NCBI GenBank assembly: GCA_964432245.1
Contig: CAYSMV010000471.1
Span: 1 to 28,851 of the forward strand
Reading direction: 5' to 3'
Source of the DNA: an uncultured Desulfobacterales bacterium
GTDB lineage: Bacteria > Desulfobacterota > Desulfobacteria > Desulfobacterales > Desulfosudaceae
DNA: 28,851 nucleotides
Shown here: in pieces, positions 1-7,515 of the stretch
Layout: each line of letters begins with the position of its first letter
Position numbering within the stretch: the stretch's first letter is position 1
Program-made: the position numbers and the translations under genes
The notes under the pieces: generated by a model
Told to the model about the DNA's origin: nothing
The model's input: only the letters and a program-made list of their open reading frames with translations
Databases searched by the model: none

Positions 1-1
1 C

Positions 2-397
2 GTAAGGATGAATGGGATAGGTGGGGCTGGGCGTGAAGACCAAATCACCCGGCCGGATGGTCACCAGGATCAAATGCGAGAAGCCCTCTTTTACGCCCAT
101 GGTGGCAATGGCCTCCTCCTCGTAATCAACGGCCACGCCATAACGCCGCTGATACCAGTCGGCTATGGCCATGCGGAGCTTGCGGATGCCCATGGAGGCC
201 GAATAGCGGTGATTATGGGGTTTTCTGGCCGCCTCCACCAGCTTTTCGATGACATGATCCGGCGCCGGCAGATCGGGGTTGCCCATGCCCAGGTCGATAA
301 TATCCTTGCCCGCCCGCCGCTCTTCCATCTTGATCTGGTTAACCGTCGCGAACACGTAGGGCGGCAGGCGATCAAGTCTTCCGAATTTGTTGTTCAT
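2..397 (-). CDS. PLP-dependent class I/II aminotransferase, AlaC/LL-DAP aminotransferase-like (5' part; runs off window)
   Basis: Not in the ORF track; translated manually from ATG at 397: [44 protein letters not shown]...[13 protein letters not shown]...GVKEG...[10 protein letters not shown], typical AlaC-family N-terminus. Confidence 0.88.
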   Translation of the reverse strand, partial: MNNKFGRLDRLPPYVFATVNQIKMEERRAGKDIIDLGMGNPDLPAPDHVIEKLVEAARKPHNHRYSASMGIRKLRMAIADWYQRRYGVAVDYEEEAIATMGVKEGFSHLILVTIRPGDLVFTPSPTYPIHPY

Positions 398-475
398 AAT
401 CTCTTTTCCATTAAGCGAAAAAAGCGTAAACTTGATTTGTGTACTACAGATGCGACCTGACTGTCAAAAAATATT

Positions 476-504
476 TTGACTTTCCAAACGGCCGACGTTA
501 TGAT
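476..504 (+). promoter_or_regulatory. sigma70 promoter for purM operon
   Basis: TTGACT (476-481), 17 bp, TATGAT (499-504); the -35 lies in an inverted repeat GTCAAAA-N4-TTTTGAC (463-480) whose other arm reads TTGACA on the minus strand toward the aminotransferase. Confidence 0.6.
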
Positions 505-557
505 TGCTGGTCTTTTACCATATAAAAACCAACTGATTGCTGATACAGGACAAAAAG

Positions 558-1601
558 ATGACATCCATAACATACAAAGACGCAGGGGTGGATATAGACA
601 AGGGCAATGCCTTTGTGAAGGAAATTAAAAAAATCGCCAGAAAAACAAATCGACGGGGCGTTCTTGACGATATCGGCGGTTTCGGGGGACTGTTTTCCCT
701 TGACACTTCCAATTTGAAGAATCCGGTGCTGGTCAGCTCCACCGATGGCGTCGGCACCAAGCTGAAACTCGCCTTCATGACCGGCAAACACGACACCGTC
801 GGGATTGATCTGGTGGCCATGTGTGTTAACGATGTCGCGGTTCAGGGCGCCAGCCCGCTTTTTTTTCTGGATTATCTGGCCATGGGCAAACTGGATCTTC
901 AAATAGCGACCGCGATCATCAAGGGCGTCGGCGAGGGCTGCCAACAGGCCAAATGCGCCCTTATCGGCGGCGAAACAGCGGAAATGCCCGACTTCTATAA
1001 AGAAAACGAGTATGACCTGGCCGGTTTCACGGTCGGCATCGTAAACAACGACCAGATTATCGATGGTTCCGAAATAAGGGTGGGCGATAAAATTATCGGC
1101 CTCGCCTCCAGCGGCCTGCACAGCAACGGCTATTCTCTGGTCCGCAAGATCTGTTTTGATGTCCTGAAACTCAAACCGGAAAAACATATCGACGAATTCG
1201 GCCGGTCCCTGGGAGAAGAGCTGCTGCAACCCACGATAATATATTCCGAAATGCTCAAGCGGCTGATCAAGCTCTTTCCCGTTCACGGCCTGGCCCATAT
1301 TACCGGCGGCGGCATGCCGGACAATATCGTGCGCATTCTTCCCCAGACCTGCGCCGCGGAGATCGCGTGGGGATCATGGGAAATACCGCCGGTTTTTTCC
1401 TTTCTGCAGAAAGGCGGCCAGGTATCCGACGATGAAATGAAACGAACCTTTAATAACGGTATCGGAATGGTCCTGGTGACATCACGGGATAGTTTTCAGG
1501 ATGTTTTGCAAAGCATACAGGCCATGGGAGAAAAGGCGTATCTGATCGGCGAAATTACGGCCCGGGATAAGAAAACATCGCCCCAGATTCAATTCAAATA
1601 A
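558..1601 (+). CDS. purM: Phosphoribosylformylglycinamidine cyclo-ligase (AIR synthase)
   Basis: YKDAGVDIDKG, DGVGTK, GGETAEMP, SSGLHSNGYSL, HITGGG, TFNNGIG motifs; ATG 558 chosen over 537. Confidence 0.98.
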   Translation: MTSITYKDAGVDIDKGNAFVKEIKKIARKTNRRGVLDDIGGFGGLFSLDTSNLKNPVLVSSTDGVGTKLKLAFMTGKHDTVGIDLVAMCVNDVAVQGASPLFFLDYLAMGKLDLQIATAIIKGVGEGCQQAKCALIGGETAEMPDFYKENEYDLAGFTVGIVNNDQIIDGSEIRVGDKIIGLASSGLHSNGYSLVRKICFDVLKLKPEKHIDEFGRSLGEELLQPTIIYSEMLKRLIKLFPVHGLAHITGGGMPDNIVRILPQTCAAEIAWGSWEIPPVFSFLQKGGQVSDDEMKRTFNNGIGMVLVTSRDSFQDVLQSIQAMGEKAYLIGEITARDKKTSPQIQFK

Positions 1602-1602
1602 T

Positions 1603-1722
1603 ATGAAGTCAACCCAAAACCATCACCGTCAAGTCTTTTCAAAACGCCTTCGCGGGGTATTAACCCGCTGGCTGGCGCGTATCGCAGAAGCCAACAAAAA
1701 AACACCCATCTGTACGAGTTGA
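1603..1722 (+). CDS. putative 39-aa small protein
   Basis: ATG 1 nt after purM stop; MKSTQNHHRQVFSKRLRGVLTRWLARIAEANKKTPICTS; fills most of the purM-tsaD gap. Confidence 0.35.
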   Translation: MKSTQNHHRQVFSKRLRGVLTRWLARIAEANKKTPICTS

Positions 1723-1785
1723 CGGATCTCCAGACGTCCGCCGGTCCGGCGGAACAAATAATAATCACTTGGGTTTGCAGGAACA

Positions 1786-2787
1786 ATGAACATCCTGGGC
1801 ATCGAAACCTCCTGCGATGAAACCGCTGCCGCGATTGTGACGGACGGTCATCATATCCTCTCCTCGGTCGTCTCTTCCCAGGTGACCATCCACCGCCCCT
1901 ATGGCGGTGTCGTGCCTGAACTGGCCTCAAGAAAACACATAGAAAATATCGTGCCGGTCGTCCTGCAGGCGATAACGGAAGCCGGGATCACGAATAAGGA
2001 TATAGACGCCCTGGCCGTTACCCAGGGGCCCGGCCTGATCGGCGCTCTGCTGGTGGGCTTTTCCTTTGCCAAGGCCTTTGCCTATGCCCTGAAACGCCCT
2101 CTTGTCGGCGTCAACCACCTGGACGGGCACCTGGCCTCGTTATTCTTAACCGGCGATCCGCCGCCATTTCCCTTTGTGGCTTTGCTGGCATCGGGTGGCC
2201 ACACGGCCATCTACCTTGTCTTGTCAGAAACAAAAGCGACCCTGATGGGGCAGACCAGGGATGACGCGGCCGGAGAGGCCTTTGACAAGGCGGCCAAAAT
2301 CATGGGCCTGGGATATCCGGGAGGAGAAGTAATCGACCGCTATGCCGGCCGGGGAAACCCGGCGGCCATAAAATTCACCCGGCCTTACCTTGATAAGAAC
2401 GCGTTTGACTTCAGCTTCAGCGGCATTAAAACAGCCGTCAGCCGATATGTTCAGTCAATAGGAGATAAACTGGAAGCGGCTATCCCGGATATCGCGGCGG
2501 GGTTCCAGGAAGCGGTGGCGGACGTGCTGTGTTACAAGCTGATTCATGCCGCCGCCGTCAAGCAGGTTCGTCATATCGCCCTGGTCGGCGGGGTGGCGGC
2601 CAATTCCCGGCTGAGAAAAAAAATGAGCGGCCAGGCGGCGGAACGCGGATTGACGCTGCACATTCCGCCGATCGAACTCTGCGGCGATAACGCCGCCATG
2701 ATCGCGGCCGCCGGCTTTTACCGCCTGCAAAACGGCGATTCTCTTCCGCCGGAAAGTGATGTCTATTCCCGGGTAAACCTTTCTTAA
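1786..2787 (+). CDS. tsaD: tRNA N6-adenosine threonylcarbamoyltransferase TsaD
   Basis: GIETSCDETA, VNHLDGH, SGGHT, DDAAGEAFDK, CGDNAAMI motifs. Confidence 0.98.
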   Translation: MNILGIETSCDETAAAIVTDGHHILSSVVSSQVTIHRPYGGVVPELASRKHIENIVPVVLQAITEAGITNKDIDALAVTQGPGLIGALLVGFSFAKAFAYALKRPLVGVNHLDGHLASLFLTGDPPPFPFVALLASGGHTAIYLVLSETKATLMGQTRDDAAGEAFDKAAKIMGLGYPGGEVIDRYAGRGNPAAIKFTRPYLDKNAFDFSFSGIKTAVSRYVQSIGDKLEAAIPDIAAGFQEAVADVLCYKLIHAAAVKQVRHIALVGGVAANSRLRKKMSGQAAERGLTLHIPPIELCGDNAAMIAAAGFYRLQNGDSLPPESDVYSRVNLS

Positions 2788-2863
2788 GACAGCGGGCACA
2801 CCGAACAGCCAAGATATGTAAGGCGGTGAGAACCATTCACTGTTTCAAGTAAGGCTCTAAATT

Positions 2864-3070
2864 TTACTCCTGTTTTTTCACAGAATTTGTGCGGATTACC
2901 CCACTTGTTTTCTGGTAATATTCCGACGTCCTTTTGGCTGCAGTAATTTTGCCTAAACCCAATTTTAAATTATCGTATATTTTCTCGCATCCATCACCTT
3001 TTATTTCCTTTATCGTTGACTTAATACTTCCGCTCCGCCCAATAACGAATTCTATAACTTTTTTTTCCAT
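2864..3070 (-). CDS. DUF2997-like small protein
   Basis: IEFVIGRSG...IKGDGCEKI...LGKI...TSEYYQ pattern; last gene of AAA/DUF1257 operon. Confidence 0.75.
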   Translation of the reverse strand: MEKKVIEFVIGRSGSIKSTIKEIKGDGCEKIYDNLKLGLGKITAAKRTSEYYQKTSGVIRTNSVKKQE

Positions 3071-3074
3071 TGTT

Positions 3075-3452
3075 CTACCCCCAGGAAGTGGCTAATAATC
3101 GAATGGTTCCGTCTTCCTGCGTTGTAACAGATGAAACCTGATATTTCATAGCTCGGACTTTCTTTTTAACGGCCGCGACACTGTACTGCTGCCGCACCTT
3201 GTTCTTAAACGAACTGTCCCTTAAAAACCGCCAATCGCTGTCACCCACCAGTTCCAATTCCCCGCTACTACTGTTTTTTACGATTCGGATTTCCCGGTTA
3301 TATATCATAGTCTTGGCCACCTCTTTTTTTACCGAACGGCCACGTGGGGAATCCGCCGATTCCCTTACAGCAAATCCCATGCTCTGTATGGCTTCTCTCA
3401 AAAGGCCGATATCTGTGACACCCTGAAGCTTAGAATAGATTGTCATTGACAT
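3075..3452 (-). CDS. DUF1257 / Ycf35-like protein
   Basis: LLREAIQSMGF...LELVGDSD...VRQQYSVAAVKKK...QEDGTIRL pattern; AAGGGAG RBS before ATG 3452. Confidence 0.75.
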   Translation of the reverse strand: MSMTIYSKLQGVTDIGLLREAIQSMGFAVRESADSPRGRSVKKEVAKTMIYNREIRIVKNSSSGELELVGDSDWRFLRDSSFKNKVRQQYSVAAVKKKVRAMKYQVSSVTTQEDGTIRLLATSWG

Positions 3453-3472
3453 GATTCTGTCTCCCTTTTGGA

Positions 3473-3700
3473 TTATCCGCAATAAATGCGGCTGTGATTA
3501 TCAACTCTGACCGGGAAAAACTGTTTTGCGTTTACCGCGTCCCAGATCTCTAAAACCAGGGGCGTGGCGGCCGGATCGATCCACTCAATCTCCACACTGC
3601 CATCCCGGTGAATAATTACCTCCTGAAAAACTTTTCCTATGCATCTTTCGTCTCTTGAAATAACCGCCGCCGGCATTTTTATTTTTTTCCGTTCGATCAT
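3473..3700 (-). CDS. hypothetical 75-aa protein ending in YCG
   Basis: AAGGAG RBS; co-oriented inside the operon; EVIIHRDGSVEIE segment. Confidence 0.65.
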   Translation of the reverse strand: MIERKKIKMPAAVISRDERCIGKVFQEVIIHRDGSVEIEWIDPAATPLVLEIWDAVNAKQFFPVRVDNHSRIYCG

Positions 3701-3747
3701 CTTCTATCTCTCCTTTTTAACTGTTATTTATCCAGCCCGGATTAAAA

Positions 3748-5364
3748 TTACCCTTGTTCCCGTATGGTCATAATTTTCCCTGCTTTACCTTGCCGCCACT
3801 CGCTCCGTTGCATCTGCACGATATCCTCGGAGGCCGGTCGTGCTCTTGTCGACGCCCATTCCTTAAGTTGTTGAATATCTTCTGCCATGGTGATGGAAAG
3901 TGGTACCTGATTTTCTATGGCCCTTAACACATCAACAGTTGTCATTTGGTGGCCGTTATCAAAAGCCTCGTAAAGACCTGCGATAATGGCCTGTTCAATC
4001 TCAGCTCCGGAAAACCCGTCTGAGAATTCAGCAATCTGTCGGATATTAAAATCATTCGGATTTTGCCCTTTATTCTTCAAATGGATAGAAACAATTTCCT
4101 CCCGTTCACCCAGACCGGGCAGATCAATAAAAAAAATGTCATCCCAGCGGCCCTTACGAAGCATTTCCGCCGGCAACACTTCCACTGAATTGGCCGTGGC
4201 TACCACAAAGACAGGAGCTGTTTTCTCCTGCATCCAAGTAGCCAGAGAAGCGAAAACCCTGGCCGCGGTACCTGCATCTGAATCCATAGAACTGTTAACA
4301 CCGGCCAGGGCTTTTTCAATTTCATCGATCCAGAGAATACAGGGAGATAAGGCCTCAGCCGCCTTTAATGCCTGCCGGGTACGTTCCTCAGATCCCCCCA
4401 CCTGACTTGTAAACAGGCTGCCGGTATCCAGCCGCAACAGTGGAACTTGCCATAAAGCAGATATCATCCGGGCAGCCAAACTTTTTCCACAACCTGGTAT
4501 ACCCAGCAGCAAAATACCTTTAGGTGTAGGCAGGCCATAGGATTTTGCCCTGGCTGAAAAACCGAGCCGCCGCTGTAACAGCCATTTTTTTAAAAGAGAC
4601 AATCCTCCCGCATCAACTTGGGTCGCCACTTCTACCCATTCCAGTGCGGCAGACATTTTGAGAAGGTTTTTCTTGCTGTCAATAATTGCCCTGATAATGT
4701 CCTCATGGGTAATGAATTGGCCGCTGGCCACTAAACCGGAAAGGCCGCTTTCATATTGACTCATGGTGAGCCCCTGCCCGGCGGTTGCGATTTGTCCAAA
4801 ATCTTCATCAGTTAGGGGCGGCCGAATACTCAATCTTGTTCTACTTAAAATGGTTCTGGCATGTGCCTCCATTTCCTTGCGGGTCGGCAGCGGAAAATCA
4901 TAACGCCAGATCTCATGAGCCAACGATTGTGGCAACATTGTTAATGGTGCCAGGATAATAATGGAACTGTCCTGTTTTTTCAGAATTGTTTTCAGGTCAC
5001 GTAAATGTCTGCGGATCAATCCGTCTTGTAAATATTCGTGAAAATCGAGGAGCAGAAAAACAGCGCCCTGTTTAGGCATGTGAATATCCTTGATCTGCCG
5101 GAGTATTCCTGTTGGATCACGGTAATCAGCATTCGCCCGGCCATGAACGATTTCCGGAACAAGCTCTTTTGTTTGACAAAAATCAACCGTCCACAACCCT
5201 TCACTGATGGTATGGCACCACATTTTCCGGCAAATTTTGATACAGCAAAGTTCAATGGCCTTGATCACCCGTTCCTCTTCTACGCTGGTGATATAAAGGA
5301 CTGGTGTGTTGGCCTTCAGGGCCGTTAAAATTGGCTGGATATGGTTTGTTTCAATATCGTTCAA
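3748..5364 (-). CDS. Ycf46-like tandem AAA+ ATPase (degenerate N-terminal and active C-terminal AAA domain)
   Basis: N-terminal LYITSVEEERV and FLLLDFHEYL; Walker A GIPGCGKS, Walker B ILWIDEIEK, RKGRWD; TTG start. Confidence 0.9.
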   Translation of the reverse strand: MNDIETNHIQPILTALKANTPVLYITSVEEERVIKAIELCCIKICRKMWCHTISEGLWTVDFCQTKELVPEIVHGRANADYRDPTGILRQIKDIHMPKQGAVFLLLDFHEYLQDGLIRRHLRDLKTILKKQDSSIIILAPLTMLPQSLAHEIWRYDFPLPTRKEMEAHARTILSRTRLSIRPPLTDEDFGQIATAGQGLTMSQYESGLSGLVASGQFITHEDIIRAIIDSKKNLLKMSAALEWVEVATQVDAGGLSLLKKWLLQRRLGFSARAKSYGLPTPKGILLLGIPGCGKSLAARMISALWQVPLLRLDTGSLFTSQVGGSEERTRQALKAAEALSPCILWIDEIEKALAGVNSSMDSDAGTAARVFASLATWMQEKTAPVFVVATANSVEVLPAEMLRKGRWDDIFFIDLPGLGEREEIVSIHLKNKGQNPNDFNIRQIAEFSDGFSGAEIEQAIIAGLYEAFDNGHQMTTVDVLRAIENQVPLSITMAEDIQQLKEWASTRARPASEDIVQMQRSEWRQGKAGKIMTIREQG

Positions 5365-5375
5365 TGTTATCGAAC
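5359..5375. promoter_or_regulatory. operator copy 1 (GTTCAATGTTATCGAAC), overlapping the AAA ATPase start codon
   Basis: One mismatch to GTTCGAT-N3-ATCGAAC. Confidence 0.7.
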
Positions 5376-5460
5376 CCTAAAAAAACAGAACCTCATTTAT
5401 AAGCTTTCATGAATAGTAAATCTCCTGTTTCCCGGTGCCGGCGCGATTCTTAACTGATTG

Positions 5461-5483
5461 ATTGTTCGATGCTATCGAACAAT
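5461..5483. promoter_or_regulatory. operator copy 2 (ATTGTTCGAT-gct-ATCGAACAAT)
   Basis: Perfect 10-3-10 palindrome between irrE-like gene and AAA ATPase. Confidence 0.75.
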
Positions 5484-5497
5484 ACGGGCAAAAAAAA

Positions 5498-6199
5498 TTA
5501 TGCTGCCGGCACTGCCTGAGAACGTTTTTTCCAGCCCATTATCTGACGGGTATGATTCACCACCAAGCCCAGCTCCTGAAGCCTGATGATCATGGCCTGG
5601 CGGGAGACATTATCAAAACCCCCGGCCATTCTAACTGCATCAGCGATGCATGGCCAGTTATCAACACAAAGATCAAAACAAAAAGGCATGGACGCAAAAT
5701 TCTTTTCTACGTTAACGATATCGATTACATCCGGTGCAAATGTTTTTTTAAACGCAAAACGCACCAAATCTTCAGGCATTAAAAGGCAGCCGGCAAAATA
5801 ATCAGCCTGCCATTCAATCGGCTTTCTGGCATCTTGCGCCCGGCAGAAAATAGCGTCTTCCAAATCCCCGTACCTGTTGGCAACCGCAAGCAAATGACGG
5901 TGAAGCACCCAGTGTCCGGCTTCATGAGCCATGGTAAAGGCCGCCCGGCCTTTTGATCTCTCATCCAGCAGCCCGGCATTAATGACAACTATCCTCTTTT
6001 TAACGTATGTCGCGCCAAGCACATCTGGCGCATTGATTTGTTCAAAATCGACAAACTGGCAGCGTAACCCCATCATGGCAAGAATATCTTCGATGGGCAC
6101 CGGCGGTTCAATGGACCGCCCGGTTTTTTCTCGAAATTGTGCCAAGATCGCTTTTCCGGCCTGGGCAATCTCGTTTCTGGATAAATAAGGCACGTTCAT
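5498..6199 (-). CDS. ImmA/IrrE family Zn metallopeptidase (Peptidase_M78)
   Basis: FTMAHEAGHWVLH (HEXXH) and EWQADYFAGCLLMP; directly downstream of an XRE gene. Confidence 0.93.
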   Translation of the reverse strand: MNVPYLSRNEIAQAGKAILAQFREKTGRSIEPPVPIEDILAMMGLRCQFVDFEQINAPDVLGATYVKKRIVVINAGLLDERSKGRAAFTMAHEAGHWVLHRHLLAVANRYGDLEDAIFCRAQDARKPIEWQADYFAGCLLMPEDLVRFAFKKTFAPDVIDIVNVEKNFASMPFCFDLCVDNWPCIADAVRMAGGFDNVSRQAMIIRLQELGLVVNHTRQIMGWKKRSQAVPAA

Positions 6200-6202
6200 G
6201 GA

Positions 6203-6574
6203 TTATTTATCAGAGCCTTTCTTTTGTATGACCAGATCCACCAGTTGATTGTGCTTTTCCCAATCATTCTCATCCCAGCAGTTTTCCACGGTTTTGCGTA
6301 AAAAATCAGCAGCGGCCTCATTGGCAAGAATATGCTCAAATTCCCTGCCGGCCAAAAGGATCAGTTCGTTTTCAGTTGCGCTGTCCAGCCGAAGTGTCCG
6401 GCTGATCCCCCTGATGATCGACACATCCGGGGCGGGATGTTTGCCGCTTAAAATACCGGAAAGGTAGCTTTTGGAGATAATTCCCGTCTTGACCAGATCG
6501 GCCTGAGAGCAATCCGCCGCACCCATGAGCGCTTTTAACCGTTTAACAAAAGAAGTGGTATGTTTTATTTCCAT
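6203..6574 (-). CDS. XRE-family HTH transcriptional repressor
   Basis: RLKALM...SQADL...ISKSYLSGILSGK..P helix-turn-helix; ATG 6574 chosen because the promoter lies between 6574 and the ORF-track start. Confidence 0.85.
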   Translation of the reverse strand: MEIKHTTSFVKRLKALMGAADCSQADLVKTGIISKSYLSGILSGKHPAPDVSIIRGISRTLRLDSATENELILLAGREFEHILANEAAADFLRKTVENCWDENDWEKHNQLVDLVIQKKGSDK

Positions 6575-6578
6575 TTTA

Positions 6579-6611
6579 GTTCGATAATATCGAACCAACA
6601 TGCCTTGTCAA
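6579..6611 (-). promoter_or_regulatory. sigma70 promoter of XRE gene overlapped by operator copy 3 (GTTCGATAATATCGAAC, 6579-6595)
   Basis: TTGACA (6611-6606), 16 bp, TATTAT (6589-6584); the -10 sits inside the palindrome. Confidence 0.72.
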
Positions 6612-6640
6612 GATATTTTTGAATTTTTTTTTAACAATTC

Positions 6641-6790
6641 TTGAAGAAATCGTAAAAAGTCGAAATCTATCTTATTCTGCCCCCCCGGCCCCCAAGCCGG
6701 GGTCCAGAAAAAATGAATAATATCAATTTTATACTGGATTCCGGGTCAAGCCCGGAATGACGATGGTAAGACTTTTTACGATTCCATCAA
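6641..6790. mobile_element. 150-bp MITE-like element with 21-bp terminal inverted repeats and two internal REP-like hairpins
   Basis: TTGAAGAAATCGTAAAAAGTC (6641-6661) versus reverse complement of GACTTTTTACGATTCCATCAA (6770-6790), 19/21 identical; hairpins CCCCGGC/GCCGGGG (6683-6702) and ATTCCGGG/CCCGGAAT (6738-6758). Confidence 0.78.
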
Positions 6791-7085
6791 AAATAATGTC
6801 TATGGTTTTTCTCACGGTAACCCCTTTCCTCCTCAAAAGCCTGTAGTCCGTGGCACTCTCTAATGCCAATTCCTGTCCGCACATTGACATAAATGGAAGA
6901 TCCAGCAGAAGATCCCTGGCGATCTTAAAATCCCGGTCACTCTGAAAACCCTGGAGAACTTCCGTCAGGATAATATCGCTCATGATAACGGGTGTATTCC
7001 CAAGCGAAGAATCGAGCCAGTCCGCTTGGAACGTTTGATTACCGTTGAAGTAATCAATCCATACGGACGAATCAACAAGAATCAT
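6729..7085 (-). pseudogene. vapC: VapC PIN-domain toxin, 3'-truncated and fused to MITE sequence
   Basis: MILVDSSVWID, EVLQG, VRKTIDII motifs; after TIDII the frame reads into the MITE (FDGIVKS...IPGLTRNPV) and lacks the usual C-terminal DRDF-type segment. Confidence 0.85.
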
Positions 7086-7276
7086 TTGTCTGACCTCATC
7101 TTATCAAGATCGCCGGACCATTCCAGTTTTCCCCGAAACCGCTTGATTTTTTTCTGACTTTTCACTTGGACCAGAAGTTTCAAGCCCTCTTCTATGGCAT
7201 CCTTTTTCGTTTTGAGACCGGACAACTTAAGCGCCGATGCCATCAGCTTGTCATCTACGACCACATTTGTTCTCAT
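7082..7276 (-). CDS. vapB: VapB antitoxin (type II TA)
   Basis: MRTNVVVDDKLM...KTKKDAIEEGL...RGKLEWSGDLDKMR; 4-nt overlap with vapC. Confidence 0.92.
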   Translation of the reverse strand: MRTNVVVDDKLMASALKLSGLKTKKDAIEEGLKLLVQVKSQKKIKRFRGKLEWSGDLDKMRSDK

Positions 7277-7289
7277 TTCCTGCCTCCAA

Positions 7290-7316
7290 TGTGTATAAAT
7301 AATTATATTATACACA
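7290..7316. promoter_or_regulatory. vapBC operator palindrome overlapping a -10
   Basis: TGTGTATAA-N9-TTATACACA perfect 9-bp arms; TATAAT on minus strand at 7312-7307. Confidence 0.7.
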
Positions 7317-7437
7317 CTTGCAGTTGGGTTTGAAAGAATTCTTTGTGCTGCCTGTAACCGTATAAATATTGCCTGCCCGCTTGACCTTAAAAATAACGGA
7401 GCCCTTCCTTGGATCCTGTTTGTGATAACACCTTATA

Positions 7438-7467
7438 TTGACACCCGTGCCGGTATTGCTATATAAT
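7438..7467 (+). promoter_or_regulatory. consensus sigma70 promoter
   Basis: TTGACA, 18 bp, TATAAT; AAGGAG RBS follows before ATG 7516. Confidence 0.7.
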
Positions 7468-7515
7468 TTATCATCCCCTTAACTCTATAACCGCAGGCAA
7501 AGGAGTCCATAACCA

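Noticed and set aside
2760-2864. att site at the tsaD 3' end defining an integrative element
   Set aside because: No matching direct repeat noticed and no integrase in the window
5393-5410. MKAYK* mini-ORF behind a strong AGGAGA upstream of the AAA ATPase
   Set aside because: Out of frame with the ATPase and too short to assess; could be a leader or remnant but there is no support
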